DNA of 64,000 bases, taken from the NCBI GenBank assembly GCA_963739695.1, contig CAVUBB010000006.1:11832-75831 (forward strand). Direction: 5' to 3'. How positions within the stretch are numbered: position 1 is the first letter of the stretch; each line of letters starts with the position of its first letter. Under the pieces are notes generated by a model. That model saw nothing but the letters and a program-made list of their open reading frames with translations, was not told the origin of the DNA and did no database searches. The position numbers and the translations under genes are program-made. Positions 39,421 through 49,193 of the stretch are shown one piece after another. The DNA comes from an uncultured Pseudomonadota bacterium. Lineage in GTDB: Bacteria > Pseudomonadota > Gammaproteobacteria > Natronospirales > CAVUBB01.

Positions 39421-39816
39421 ATGACTCCACGCCGACCCTACCTGCTGCGCGCGATGTATGCGTGGATGGTAGACAACGAACTCACCCCCTATCTGCTCGT
39501 CGATGCTGAAGTTGCGGGCGTCGACGTGCCGCGCGCCTATGTGGAAGACGGCAAGATCGTTCTCAATCTCGCGCCCGCCGCCACCGATCGTCTCGACATG
39601 AGCGGGGACGCGGTCGAATTCATGGCCCGATTCGGGGGCCAGTCGCAGCGTATCCAGGTGCCGGGTACTGCGATCCTCGCGATCTATGCCAGCGAGACCG
39701 GCCAGGGGATGATGTTCGGTCCGGACGACGGTGGCGACGACACCCCGCCGCCTGCGGGTCCCGACGACGGCGGGCAGAGCGGCGAGAAGCGGCCCGCGCT
39801 GCGCGTGGTGAAGTGA
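39421..39816 (+). CDS. sspB: ClpXP protease specificity-enhancing factor SspB
   Basis: 131 aa with [26 protein letters not shown], an acidic/Gly-Pro linker and a C-terminal LRVVK ClpX-binding tail. Confidence 0.93.
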   Translation: MTPRRPYLLRAMYAWMVDNELTPYLLVDAEVAGVDVPRAYVEDGKIVLNLAPAATDRLDMSGDAVEFMARFGGQSQRIQVPGTAILAIYASETGQGMMFGPDDGGDDTPPPAGPDDGGQSGEKRPALRVVK

Positions 39817-40331
39817 ATCGCGCAAACGTGATCGTGGCCCGCCTGGGTGATATCACGCGCCTGCAGGTCGACGCTGTCGTCAACGCTGCCAACGAGAGCC
39901 TGCTCGGCGGCGGCGGGGTCGACGGCGCGATCCATCGGGCCGCCGGGCCCCGCTTGCTCCAGTCGTGCCGGGAAATCGGCGGTTGTCCGACCGGCGAGGC
40001 GCGCATCACACCGGGTTTTGACCTGCCGGCACGCTGGGTCATCCACGCCGTAGGTCCGGTCTGGCGCGGCGGAGACAGCGACGAGCAGAAGTTGCTGGCG
40101 GCCTGCTACCGGGCCAGTCTTGCACTCGCCCGCCAGCATGGATGCGCGAGTATCGCGTTTCCCTGCATCAGCACCGGCGTCTATGGTTATCCCAAGGAGG
40201 CTGCGGCAGATATAGCGATCGGTGTGATGCGCGCGTGGGCCGGCGAGTTCGAACAGATCATCGCGTGCTGCTTCAGTGCTGCAGACCGAGACCTGTATGC
40301 ACGGATCCTCGCAGCGTCGGCGCGAGCCTAG
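39813..40331 (+). CDS. Macro-domain protein (O-acetyl-ADP-ribose deacetylase, YmdB-like)
   Basis: 172 aa with [34 protein letters not shown] and [15 protein letters not shown], the canonical macro-domain motifs. The GTG start overlaps the sspB stop (GTGA). Confidence 0.88.
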   Translation: MNRANVIVARLGDITRLQVDAVVNAANESLLGGGGVDGAIHRAAGPRLLQSCREIGGCPTGEARITPGFDLPARWVIHAVGPVWRGGDSDEQKLLAACYRASLALARQHGCASIAFPCISTGVYGYPKEAAADIAIGVMRAWAGEFEQIIACCFSAADRDLYARILAASARA

Positions 40332-41746
40332 TGTGCGGTGCCCTCGGCGGGCGGTTCGCCGGTCGGGAAGAGCTTGCCGGGGTTGAGGATGCCGGCGGGA
40401 TCGAACTGCGCCTTGATCCCGCGCATGAGCGCGAGTACCGAAGGTTCCAGCTCCAGACCCACGAACTCACGCTTGTCATAGCCGATGCCGTGTTCTCCCG
40501 ACAGCGTTCCGCCAAGTTCGAGGACGAGACGGAATACTTCGCGCAGGCATTCTTCCGCACTTCGCATCTGCGCCGGGTCTGCCGGGTCCACGAGCAGGTT
40601 GACGTGGATATTGCCGTTTCCCGCATGACCGAAGTTGACGATGGTCACGCCGTGGCGTTCGCCAAGCGCGCGCAGCCCGTCGACCAGTTCCGCCATGCGT
40701 GAGACGGGCACGACGACATCTTCGTTGATCTTCTTCGGTGCGATCTTGCGCAGGGCCGGTGAGAGTGCGCGGCGCGAAGCCCACAGCGCCGCACGTTCCT
40801 CTTCGTCGCGTGCGGCGCGCACTTCCAGCAGACCGGCACCATCGGCCGCCGCCGTGACCGCGGCGACGAGGGATTCCATCGCCGCCCCAGGCCCATCGAT
40901 CTCGATCAGCAACATGGCTCCGGCGTCGGCAGGCAGGTCCGCATCGGCATAACCACGGATCATGCCGATCGCGGTCGCATCGATGAATTCCAGCACGCAG
41001 GGCGTAGCCGGCTGCGCCATGATGCGCGATACGGCGGCGGCCGCCGCCGCCATGTCGGCATAGATGGCGCGCAATGATTGGCGCGCTTCCTGTATGGGAG
41101 TCAGCTTCAGCGTCGCTTCGGTGATGATGGCGAGCGAGCCTTCCGAGCCGACGATGAGCCGGGTGAGGTCGTAGCCGACTACGCCCTTGGTGGTGTAGAC
41201 GCCGGTACGGATGATCTGGCCCGTCCCTGTGACCGCGCGCAAGCCAAGGATGTTGTCGCGCGGCGTACCGTATTTGACTGCATGCGGGCCGGCCGAGTTA
41301 CAGGCGAGATTGCCACCCAGGGTGGAGTAGGCGGCCGACGTCGGGTCGGGCGGCCAGAAGAAGCCGTGTTCCGCCGCTGCCGACTGCACGGCGGCATTGG
41401 TGGCGCCAGGCTGGGCGATCAGGGCTCGGTTCGCAGCGTCGACCTTGAGGATGCGGTCCATGCGCTCCATCGCCAGCACGACACCGCCGCCCAGCGGCAC
41501 CGCAGCGCCCGTAGTGCCGCTGCCGAGCCCGCGGCACACGAGCGGGACACCGGCATCGGCGCAGAGCGCGGCGATCGCCGCGATCTGCGCCTCGTCGCGC
41601 GCGAACACCACTGCGTCCGGACGAGCCTGCCGGCGGCTGTTGTCGTAGCCGTAAGCGAGCGTATCGGCTGCTTCGGTGAGCAGGGCATCTTCGCCGGCGG
41701 CGCGCCGGAGCTGCTTCAGGAAGACCTTGTCTGCAGGCTGTGACAT
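40328..41746 (-). CDS. FAD-linked oxidase (GlcD / D-lactate dehydrogenase-like)
   Basis: 472 aa from ATG 41746 (GAGAGGA RBS). FAD-binding PCMH-type region ([33 protein letters not shown]) and C-terminal [11 protein letters not shown] block. The ORF-track extension to 42253 overlaps yraN and is rejected. Confidence 0.85.
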   Translation of the reverse strand: MSQPADKVFLKQLRRAAGEDALLTEAADTLAYGYDNSRRQARPDAVVFARDEAQIAAIAALCADAGVPLVCRGLGSGTTGAAVPLGGGVVLAMERMDRILKVDAANRALIAQPGATNAAVQSAAAEHGFFWPPDPTSAAYSTLGGNLACNSAGPHAVKYGTPRDNILGLRAVTGTGQIIRTGVYTTKGVVGYDLTRLIVGSEGSLAIITEATLKLTPIQEARQSLRAIYADMAAAAAAVSRIMAQPATPCVLEFIDATAIGMIRGYADADLPADAGAMLLIEIDGPGAAMESLVAAVTAAADGAGLLEVRAARDEEERAALWASRRALSPALRKIAPKKINEDVVVPVSRMAELVDGLRALGERHGVTIVNFGHAGNGNIHVNLLVDPADPAQMRSAEECLREVFRLVLELGGTLSGEHGIGYDKREFVGLELEPSVLALMRGIKAQFDPAGILNPGKLFPTGEPPAEGTAH

Positions 41747-41811
41747 ATCCTCTCGGCGATAGCTGTGGCGCACCCGGGCGGCGTCGGGAGTGTCAATGAT
41801 AACGCAGTGAG

Positions 41812-42183
41812 TCAGGCAGGACGGAACGCGTCGGCGATCCAGTCGATCTCCGGGGTCGCAGTCGTCCCCCAGATGGCGACGACGTCGAAACGCAGGGAGC
41901 GGCGGGCCAAGCGCGGATGCTTCTGCAGGAAATGGCTCGCGGTCCGCGTGAGTTTGGCGCGTTTTTGCGGGCCGACCGTCTCGGCCGGTGTGCCATGCGC
42001 GTTGTTGCGGCGATAGCGCACCTCGATCACGACGACGCTCTCGCCGTCGTCCATCACCAGGTCGAGTTCGCCTGCCGGACAGCTGTAGTTGCGGGTGAGC
42101 AGACGCAGACCGCGGGCCTGGAGGTGATTCAGAGCGAAGTCCTCCGCACGGCGTCCGGCGCGCAGATGCTCGGCTTCGCTCAC
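41812..42183 (-). CDS. yraN: YraN-family (UPF0102) endonuclease-like protein
   Basis: 123 aa with GRRAEDFALNHLQARGLRLLTRNY...GELDLVM......VVIEVRYR, typical of UPF0102. GTG start overlaps the lpoA stop. Confidence 0.88.
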   Translation of the reverse strand: MSEAEHLRAGRRAEDFALNHLQARGLRLLTRNYSCPAGELDLVMDDGESVVVIEVRYRRNNAHGTPAETVGPQKRAKLTRTASHFLQKHPRLARRSLRFDVVAIWGTTATPEIDWIADAFRPA

Positions 42184-44096
42184 TGGCCGTCGTCGTCGGG
42201 TACGGCGTCTTGAGGTGCGGTCTTGCTCGGTGGCGGCAGCGCCACTGGCGCACCGCGCCGAAACACCGCCCAGTCGAGCGTGCGGTGGATGCGGCGGTCG
42301 GAGTCGATGCTCAGCACCCCGGTCACGCCGCGCACGGCTTCGCTCAGCGGATCCTTCAGATTGTGGATCAGCGGGATCAGGCGGTAGGCATCGTAACCCA
42401 GTGCGTAGAGGCGGCTCGAACGCTGGAAGGTGTCGGGCCAGAGCCGGTCGAGTTGAGCGCGGATCGCTTCGACCGACGCATCCGGCGCGATGGACCAGGG
42501 CATGTCGGTGAAGCGGATGCCATCCAGGTCGCGGTCGGGGCCGGCTTCGGGGCGGTAGACGTCCGAGGTCGCATACACCGGCAGGGTGAGCGCGTGGTGG
42601 AAGCGCAACTGCGGGCCGATCAACTGCGCCTGGCTGGCGCGCGCCGCCAGGAAGATGAACTGCACATCCTGGCGCCGGCGCGGTTCGAAGACCAGATTGA
42701 CGCCCAACGTCGCTTCGAGTGTCTGCGTGCGCAGCTTGCTCGCATCGAGGTTGAGCATGCGCATGATCGGGGTGGAGAAATCCTGCACGTCGGGCGTGTA
42801 GGTCTGTGCGGTGAGCAAAGTGCCGCCGAGACCCTGCAGGCGCTGGCTGAACGCCTCCAGCAGGCGATGGCCCCAGTCGTTGTCCGGGACCAGCGCCACG
42901 CCCTGGGTAAGCCCGTCCTGGATCACCCGGTCGGCGACCTGGGCCGCTTCGTCTTCCGGTGCCAGGCCGAATTGATAGAAACGCTCGGGGCCGGCGCCGT
43001 CATCTTCCAGCCGGTTGAGTGCGAGTACGGGTACGGCGGTGTCCTGGTCGGCCTGCGCGACCGAACTCACGGCAGCTTTGGTCAGCGGGCCGACGACCAG
43101 AGCCGCACCGTCAGCGAGCGCGCGGCGATAGGCGTCGAGAGCGGCTTGAGCGCCACCGGCGGTATCGTAGACTCGGATGCTGGATGCCGTGCCGCGCCTG
43201 TTCTGGTAGCGCGCAGCGAGAAAGCCGTCGCGGATAGCTTCGCCGACAGCCTGATAGGGGCCGGACAGCGGCAGCAGCAGCGCGACCTGCGGCGGATAGG
43301 TGATGCTTTGCGCATGCGCGGCGAGTAGGTCCGGGATCAGTGCCGCGACAGCCGGATGATCCGGATGGTCCTGCTCCCACGCGTGGATACGGTCGGCAAA
43401 GCGATACGGTTCCTGCCATGCGGTACGGCCGATCCGTGCCAGCGCGATCCAGCCTCGGGTCTCGGCGTCGACGCCGCCGAGCGCCGAATCCGGGGGCAGC
43501 TCCTCGGTGGTCTGGATCAGGCCGCGCCAGATCAGATGCTGGTTGGCGAGACGGGCGTCGGCGCCGCTCAGCGCGTTTGCACGCTGGCGCAGCGTCTCGA
43601 TCGCGGCGACCGGACGGCCGAGCTGGAATTGCGCGCGGGCCCGGACCTCCAGTACGTCCGGCTTGATATCCTCGGGGATGGATGTGGGCAGCGCAGCCAG
43701 GCGCTGGTAGGCGTCGAGCGGGCGCTGATCGTGCAGGTCCATGCGTGCCTGGAGTACGCTGAGGCGCACCCTCTCGGCCGCCGTGAGACGTGCGAGGTCG
43801 ATCTTGGCGGTAGCCGCGCGGGTGCGTTGCTCGTCGCCGCTTTGCCACCAGGCGGCGGCGGCCTGCAGGTAGAAGCCGGCGGCATCGGCGGGCGCGCTGG
43901 CGGCGGCCGCGGTCTCGTACGCGGCGGCCGCCCCTGCGTACTGATTAGCCGCGCTCAGGCTTTGGGCTTTGGCGACGGCGGCGCGCACGGCGGCCGGTTC
44001 TTCGCCACGATGGGGCGCGACACCGCAGGCGCCGAGGGCGAGCAGCAAGAGTGCGGCTGCGGCTGTGCGAAGTACTCTGGGCTTGGTGGTCTGCAT
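42180..44096 (-). CDS. lpoA: Penicillin-binding protein activator LpoA-like lipoprotein
   Basis: About 638 aa from ATG 44096. Lipobox LLALGAC, an N-terminal TPR-like Ala-rich domain and a C-terminal periplasmic-binding-protein-like domain. Conserved rsmI / lpoA-yraN divergent arrangement. Confidence 0.85.
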   Translation of the reverse strand: MQTTKPRVLRTAAAALLLLALGACGVAPHRGEEPAAVRAAVAKAQSLSAANQYAGAAAAYETAAAASAPADAAGFYLQAAAAWWQSGDEQRTRAATAKIDLARLTAAERVRLSVLQARMDLHDQRPLDAYQRLAALPTSIPEDIKPDVLEVRARAQFQLGRPVAAIETLRQRANALSGADARLANQHLIWRGLIQTTEELPPDSALGGVDAETRGWIALARIGRTAWQEPYRFADRIHAWEQDHPDHPAVAALIPDLLAAHAQSITYPPQVALLLPLSGPYQAVGEAIRDGFLAARYQNRRGTASSIRVYDTAGGAQAALDAYRRALADGAALVVGPLTKAAVSSVAQADQDTAVPVLALNRLEDDGAGPERFYQFGLAPEDEAAQVADRVIQDGLTQGVALVPDNDWGHRLLEAFSQRLQGLGGTLLTAQTYTPDVQDFSTPIMRMLNLDASKLRTQTLEATLGVNLVFEPRRRQDVQFIFLAARASQAQLIGPQLRFHHALTLPVYATSDVYRPEAGPDRDLDGIRFTDMPWSIAPDASVEAIRAQLDRLWPDTFQRSSRLYALGYDAYRLIPLIHNLKDPLSEAVRGVTGVLSIDSDRRIHRTLDWAVFRRGAPVALPPPSKTAPQDAVPDDDGQ

Positions 44097-44278
44097 GCTG
44101 GTTAGGGCTGCGCGGGTAGCGAAGCGTCCTGATCCTTCCTCGGTCGGCGGCGGCCGGGCCGCCATGGCGGCTCCGAAACCGGGATCGCGTTAAAGCGGGC
44201 GAGCTGAATGCGGTGGTACGAACGCGTACCATTAGGCGCATCCGGCCCTGCGGGGCAGTATCTTGTCCGGAGGTGGTC

Positions 44279-45130
44279 GTGTCAATCGAAGGCGGTGTGC
44301 TCTACGTGGTGGCGACCCCGATCGGCAATCTCGACGATATCTCCGCCCGCGCGCGCAGTGTGCTCGCCGAGGCTAGTCTGGTCGCGGCGGAAGATACGCG
44401 TCACAGTGGGCAGATGCTGGCGCGGCTCGGTATCCATGCCCGGATGGTCTCGCTGTACGAGCACAACGAAGCGGCGCGCGTCGACGAGATCCTCGCGCGG
44501 CTGCAAGGCGGCGACGCGGTGGCGCTGATCTCGGATGCGGGGACGCCGGCGATCAGCGACCCGGGATTCGTGCTCGTGCGTGCAGTGCGGGCGGCGGGCC
44601 TGCGGGTGAGTCCGGTCCCCGGCCCTTGTGCGGCCGTGGCGGCGCTATCCGCGGCTGGACTGGCAACGGACCGCTATACCTTCGAGGGTTTCCTGCCCGC
44701 GCGCGCAGCGGCACGGCGCAGCCGTCTGGAGGCGCTGGCGAGCGAGCCGCGCACACTCGTGTTCTATGAATCGCCGCGGCGTCTGGCGGCCACGCTCGCG
44801 GATGCGGCCGCAGTCTTCGGCGGCGAGCGCCGCGCCTGTGTCGCGCGCGAACTGACCAAGATCCATGAACAGATCGTCGACGGCGATCTCGCCAGTCTCG
44901 GCGAAGCAGCGGCTACGGCTGCGATCCCCGCGCTCGGAGAAGCTGTGTTGCTGATCGAAGGCGCTCCCGCCACGGCCGCGGACGTGAGCGGAGCGCAAGC
45001 CGACCGGGTGCTGCGGATCCTCCTTGAAGAGGTCTCCGTGAAGCAGGCGGCGGCACTGGCTGCGAGGCTTACGGGATTGGGCCGCAACGAGCTCTATCAG
45101 CGTGCATTGGCGCTTGCTGGGGAACGCTGA
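44279..45130 (+). CDS. rsmI: 16S rRNA (cytidine1402-2'-O)-methyltransferase
   Basis: LYVVATPIGNLDDIS, AAEDTRHSG, SDAGTPAISDPG and LVFYESPRRL are collinear with E. coli RsmI. GTG 44279 follows GGAGG by 5 nt; ATG 44213 is an alternative. Confidence 0.9.
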   Translation: MSIEGGVLYVVATPIGNLDDISARARSVLAEASLVAAEDTRHSGQMLARLGIHARMVSLYEHNEAARVDEILARLQGGDAVALISDAGTPAISDPGFVLVRAVRAAGLRVSPVPGPCAAVAALSAAGLATDRYTFEGFLPARAAARRSRLEALASEPRTLVFYESPRRLAATLADAAAVFGGERRACVARELTKIHEQIVDGDLASLGEAAATAAIPALGEAVLLIEGAPATAADVSGAQADRVLRILLEEVSVKQAAALAARLTGLGRNELYQRALALAGER

Positions 45131-45171
45131 GACGATATCGCAGTGCCGTGCGATAGTGTATCTTTGCCCCC

Positions 45172-45527
45172 GGAGTCGGCCGGGCAGTCGCTGCGCGCAA
45201 GCGTGGAGGAAAGTCCGGGCTCCACAGGGCAGGGTGCCAGGTAACGCCTGGGGGGCGCGAGCCCACGGAAAGTGCCACAGAAAACATACCGCCTAAGCGC
45301 GCGAGCGCCGGCAAGGGTGAAATGGTGCGGTAAGAGCGCACCGCGCGGCTGGCAACAGCCGTGGCAGGGTAAACCCCACTCGGAGCAAGACCAAATAGGG
45401 GAGCAGGGCGCGAGCCCGCATGCGGCCCGCATGGCTCCCGGGTAGGTCGCTCGAGCCGCATGGCGACGTGCGGCCCAGATGAATGACTGTCCCCGACAGA
45501 ACCCGGCTTACAGGCCGGCTCCAACTT
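45172..45527 (+). ncRNA. rnpB: RNase P RNA, bacterial type A
   Basis: GGAGTCGGCCGGGCAGTCGC...GGAGGAAAGTCCGGGCTCCACAGGGCAGGGTGCCAGGTAACGCCTGGGGG...GGTGCGGTAAGAGCGCACC...AGATGAATGACTGTCCCCGACAGAACCCGGCTTACAGGCCGGCTCC. Block-for-block collinear with E. coli M1 RNA. The P1 helix forms from the 5' GGAGTCGGCCGG and the 3' CAGGCCGGCTCC. Confidence 0.95.
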
Positions 45528-45543
45528 TAATTTCCGACCCCTT

Positions 45544-45577
45544 CCGGCCGATGCTGCGTTCCAGTAGCGTCGGCCGG
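45544..45577 (+). terminator. Hairpin downstream of rnpB
   Basis: CCGGCCGATGCT...AGTAGCGTCGGCCGG, about 12 bp including one G-U, followed by TATTCAT. The U-tract is weak. Confidence 0.4.
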
Positions 45578-45724
45578 TATTCATGTTGACTCAGAAGAAG
45601 CGCTCCCAAGTCACTGATTTATGGTTCTAAAGAATACCCGTTTCGGGCCCGTTCCGGCCTGAAGTGGCAGCTCTAAGTGCTTGTGTTTAAACCACAAATC
45701 CCTGTTCTTACGTGGGAATTTGTC

Positions 45725-45754
45725 TTGACACTGTCGAGATCGAGTACCTATAGT
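45725..45754 (+). promoter_or_regulatory. Sigma-70 promoter of the dcw cluster (Pmra-like)
   Basis: TTGACA (45725-45730), 18-nt spacer, TATAGT (45749-45754), about 58 nt upstream of the mraZ start. Confidence 0.6.
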
Positions 45755-45787
45755 GTCGGATAGTGGGAAAAAGTGGTACGGAATGGG
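45753..45787 (+). promoter_or_regulatory. Putative MraZ operator: GTGG-type direct repeats with 10-bp phasing
   Basis: taGTGTCgga taGTGGGaaa aaGTGGTacg gaATGGGatt. Four repeats start at 45753/45763/45773/45783, immediately downstream of the -10. A further GTGGG sits at 45712. Confidence 0.55.
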
Positions 45788-45811
45788 ATTTCCAGCAGAG
45801 CAGGGGGCGCC

Positions 45812-46267
45812 GTGTTCAGAGGCGTGAACACAGTGACTTTGGACGCCAAGGGGCGTCTCGCGATACCGACGCGGTACCGCGAGCGTCTGCTTGAGCGTTG
45901 CAGTGGACAGCTCGTGGTCACCGTGGATCGCGACGGCTGTCTGTTGCTCTATCCCCTGCCCGATTGGGAAGACATCGAGCGCAAGCTCAACCGCCTGCCC
46001 AGCTTCAACAAGCAGACGCGGCGCTTGCAGCGCTTGCTGGTGGGGCATGCCACCGAGATCGAGATGGACAGTCACGGCCGCGTGTTGCTGCCCGCGCCGC
46101 TGCGCGAATTCGCGCACCTCGACAAGCGCTCGGTGATGATCGGGCAGGGCAACAAGTTCGAGCTGTGGGACGAAGACAGCTGGAACAGCAAGCGTGACGA
46201 ATGGCTTGCGGAAGAAGACGAAGCCGGCCTCGAATTGCCGGCCGAACTCGGCTCGTTGTCGCTGTAA
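45812..46267 (+). CDS. mraZ: Transcriptional regulator MraZ
   Basis: From GTG 45812: (M)FRGVNTVTLDAKGRLAIPTRYRE, collinear with E. coli [24 protein letters not shown]. Second SpoVT/AbrB-like half has HGRVLLPAPLREFA. Confidence 0.93.
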   Translation: MFRGVNTVTLDAKGRLAIPTRYRERLLERCSGQLVVTVDRDGCLLLYPLPDWEDIERKLNRLPSFNKQTRRLQRLLVGHATEIEMDSHGRVLLPAPLREFAHLDKRSVMIGQGNKFELWDEDSWNSKRDEWLAEEDEAGLELPAELGSLSL

Positions 46268-46276
46268 AGCGCGACG

Positions 46277-47209
46277 GTGGGCGCATACGAACATGCACCG
46301 GTGCTTCTCGACGAGGCGCTGGCGTCGCTGGCAATCAAGCCCGATGGCATCTATGTGGATGCGACATTCGGGCGGGGCGGGCACAGCAGGGCGATCCTGG
46401 AACGTCTCGGGCCGCGTGGACGTCTGATCGCGATCGACAGGGATCCGGAGGCGGTAGCAGCGGCCACTGGGTTATTCGGCGATGACCGGCGGTTCACGAT
46501 CCACCGAGGGACGTTCAGCATGCTGGAGCAAGTCGTGACGGCAGCGGGATGTGCAGACGGGGTGCAGGGAGTCCTGCTCGACCTCGGCGTGTCGTCTCCG
46601 CAGCTCGATGATCCGGCACGTGGTTTCAGTTTCCAGCAGGCGGGCCCGCTCGACATGCGCATGGATCCGGAACACGGCGAGAGCGTCGCCCAGTGGTTAG
46701 AACGCGCTACCGAGCGCGAGATCGCCGATGTCATCTATCAATATGGAGAGGAGCGCTTCGGCCGTCGGATCGCGCGCGCGATCGTGCAAGCGCGCAGCGA
46801 AGGGCCGATCAGCGACACCGCGAGGCTGGCCGATATCGTCGCTGCCGGTGTCCCGACCCGGGAGCGCGGCAAGCATCCGGCAACGCGCACTTTCCAGGCA
46901 TTGCGTATCCATATCAATCGTGAGCTCGAGGAACTGGATTCCTGTCTCGAGCAGTGCTTGCGCGTGCTCGCGCCCGGCGGACGGCTCGCCGTGATCAGTT
47001 TCCATTCCCTGGAGGACCGCCGCGTGAAGCGGTTCATGCGCGACGCCGCGCGCCCGCGCCCGCCCGCGGATATGCCGCCGGGGATGCCGGTCGAGTTGCC
47101 GGAACCCACATTGCGACTCGTCGGCAAGCCGGTGTTCGCCGGTGCCGATGAGGTACGCGCGAATCCGCGCGCCCGCAGCGCCGTGCTGCGCACGGCACAG
47201 AGGTTGTGA
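46277..47209 (+). CDS. rsmH: 16S rRNA (cytosine1402-N4)-methyltransferase
   Basis: 310 aa (GTG start) with [30 protein letters not shown] and SFHSLEDR. Confidence 0.95.
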   Translation: MGAYEHAPVLLDEALASLAIKPDGIYVDATFGRGGHSRAILERLGPRGRLIAIDRDPEAVAAATGLFGDDRRFTIHRGTFSMLEQVVTAAGCADGVQGVLLDLGVSSPQLDDPARGFSFQQAGPLDMRMDPEHGESVAQWLERATEREIADVIYQYGEERFGRRIARAIVQARSEGPISDTARLADIVAAGVPTRERGKHPATRTFQALRIHINRELEELDSCLEQCLRVLAPGGRLAVISFHSLEDRRVKRFMRDAARPRPPADMPPGMPVELPEPTLRLVGKPVFAGADEVRANPRARSAVLRTAQRL

Positions 47210-47481
47210 TGCGTCTGTCCGTCTTCATCATCCCCGTCCTGGTGGTTGCCGTATTCGGCTCTGCGGTCGGCGTGATCGACGCCGCCCACCGTAACCGCAA
47301 GCTGTTCGCCGAACTGCAGCAACTGCGCCAGCACCGCGACCAGCTCAACGTGGAATGGGGGCGGCTGCAGCTGGAAGAGAGCGCATGGGCTACACATGCG
47401 CGCATCGAGCAGCTGGCGCACAAGGATCTGGGCATGGTGATGCCGCGCCAGACCGAGATGATCGTGGTGCGCAGGCCATGA
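47209..47481 (+). CDS. ftsL: Cell division protein FtsL
   Basis: About 90 aa bitopic protein: TM helix then a leucine-zipper-like region (LFAELQQLRQHRDQLNVEWGRLQLEES). ATG 47209 lies 5 nt after AGAGG; GTG 47206 is an alternative. Confidence 0.88.
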   Translation: MRLSVFIIPVLVVAVFGSAVGVIDAAHRNRKLFAELQQLRQHRDQLNVEWGRLQLEESAWATHARIEQLAHKDLGMVMPRQTEMIVVRRP

Positions 47482-49193
47482 ACAGCAGGTCGCAGGAAAC
47501 CATGTGGAGAGGCCGCAGCCTGGTGGTGCTGGCTGCGTGCGTGGTGGTTGCGCTGGTGCTGGTGGGGCGTGCCGTCGATCTGCAGGTGATCGACAAGGGC
47601 TTTCTCATGGACCAGGGCCAGGCGCGGCACCTGCGCGTGGTCAAGATGCCGGCGCACCGCGGCATGATCCTCGATCGCAACGGCCAGCCCCTGGCGGTGA
47701 GCACGCCGGTGGATTCGGTGTGGACGAACCCGCAGGAATTGGCTGCGGCCAGCAATCGTCTGCCAGAGCTGGCCCAACATCTGAGCATGGCGGTCAAGGA
47801 TCTCCGCGGCATGCTTGCGGCCAGCGGCGAGCGCGAGTTCGTGTATCTGCGTCGCGACATGAGCCCCGACGACGCACGCAAGATCATGGATCTCGGTATC
47901 CCCGGTGTCTATCTGCAGCGCGAATACCGGCGCTACTACCCCAGTGGCGAGGTCGCGGCGCATGTCCTCGGTTTCACCAACGTGGACGACGTCGGGCAGG
48001 AAGGCCTGGAGCTGGCCTATAACGACTGGTTGCGCGGCAAGCCGGGCGCGATGCGGGTGATCAAGGACCGCCTCGGGCGCTCGGTGGAGGATGTTGACAG
48101 TCTCCAGGAGCCCAGACCCGGGCGCGATCTGACCACCAGCCTGGATCTGCGCGTGCAGTATCTGGCCTATCGCGAATTGAAGAAGGCGGTGCAGGAGCAA
48201 GACGCCAAGTCCGGTTCCATCGTGGTACTCGACGTGCAGACCGGTGAAGTGATCGCGATGGCGAACCAGCCCTCCTACAACCCGAACAATCGCAGTGACC
48301 TCAAAGGTTCACTGTATCGAAATCGCGCGGTCACGGACGTATTCGAGCCGGGCTCGAGCTTCAAGCCGTTCATCATCGCGGCCGCACTGGAGAGTGGGAA
48401 ATATCATCCGGGCAGCGAAGTGGACACCGCGCCCGGCTTTCTCAAGGTCGGTGGCTACGAGATCCACGACGAGCGCGATCTCGGCACCATCGATCTGACC
48501 ACCATCCTGGAGAAATCCAGCAACGTCGGTGCGAGCAAGGTGGCCCTGACTCTGCCGCCGGCGATGCTGTGGAACACGCTCCGGCATTTCGGTTTCGGCA
48601 GTCTCACCGGCAGCGGCTTCCCCGGTGAAGTCGATGGATCGCTGCGCAATTACGACGACTGGCGCAGAGTGACCCAGGCGGCGATCTCCTACGGCTACGG
48701 GGTATCGGTGACCGCGCTGCAACTGGCGCGTGCCTATACGGTGATCGCCGATCACGGCATCTTGCATCCGATATCTTTCCTCAAGGTCGACGCACCGCCG
48801 AGTGCAAGCCAGGTGCTGCCGGCCGGGGTGGCCGCAAACCTCAGGACGATGCTCGAGACTGTGGTCTCGCCGGCGGGCACCGGCAGTCGCGCGGCGGTAC
48901 CGGGCTACCGGGTTGCGGGCAAGACCGGCACCGCGCGCAAGGCCGAAGACGGCGGTTATTCGACCGACCGCTATGTGTCCGTGTTTGCAGGCATGGCCCC
49001 CGCCAGTCACCCGCGTCTGGTGATGGTCGTGGTGATCAACGAACCCAGTAACGGCCGCTATTACGGCGGCCTGGTGTCGGCGCCGGTATTCTCCCGGGTC
49101 ATGGGTGGAGCGCTGCGTCTGCTCGACATACCGCCGGACAACCTCGATCAGCAGGCGGTCGCCACCGTGGTCCACGTGCGGGGGCCGGCATGA
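47478..49193 (+). CDS. ftsI: Peptidoglycan D,D-transpeptidase FtsI (PBP3)
   Basis: 571 aa from ATG 47478 (ATGA overlap with ftsL) with RGMILDRNG, SSFKP (SxxK), SSN and KTGTA motifs. Confidence 0.95.
   Translation: MNSRSQETMWRGRSLVVLAACVVVALVLVGRAVDLQVIDKGFLMDQGQARHLRVVKMPAHRGMILDRNGQPLAVSTPVDSVWTNPQELAAASNRLPELAQHLSMAVKDLRGMLAASGEREFVYLRRDMSPDDARKIMDLGIPGVYLQREYRRYYPSGEVAAHVLGFTNVDDVGQEGLELAYNDWLRGKPGAMRVIKDRLGRSVEDVDSLQEPRPGRDLTTSLDLRVQYLAYRELKKAVQEQDAKSGSIVVLDVQTGEVIAMANQPSYNPNNRSDLKGSLYRNRAVTDVFEPGSSFKPFIIAAALESGKYHPGSEVDTAPGFLKVGGYEIHDERDLGTIDLTTILEKSSNVGASKVALTLPPAMLWNTLRHFGFGSLTGSGFPGEVDGSLRNYDDWRRVTQAAISYGYGVSVTALQLARAYTVIADHGILHPISFLKVDAPPSASQVLPAGVAANLRTMLETVVSPAGTGSRAAVPGYRVAGKTGTARKAEDGGYSTDRYVSVFAGMAPASHPRLVMVVVINEPSNGRYYGGLVSAPVFSRVMGGALRLLDIPPDNLDQQAVATVVHVRGPA

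Noticed and set aside
40328-42253. 641-aa version of the FAD oxidase ORF.
   Set aside because: The N-terminal 169 codons are Arg/Pro-rich and overlap yraN. The FAD-oxidase homology begins at ATG 41746, which has a GAGAGGA RBS.
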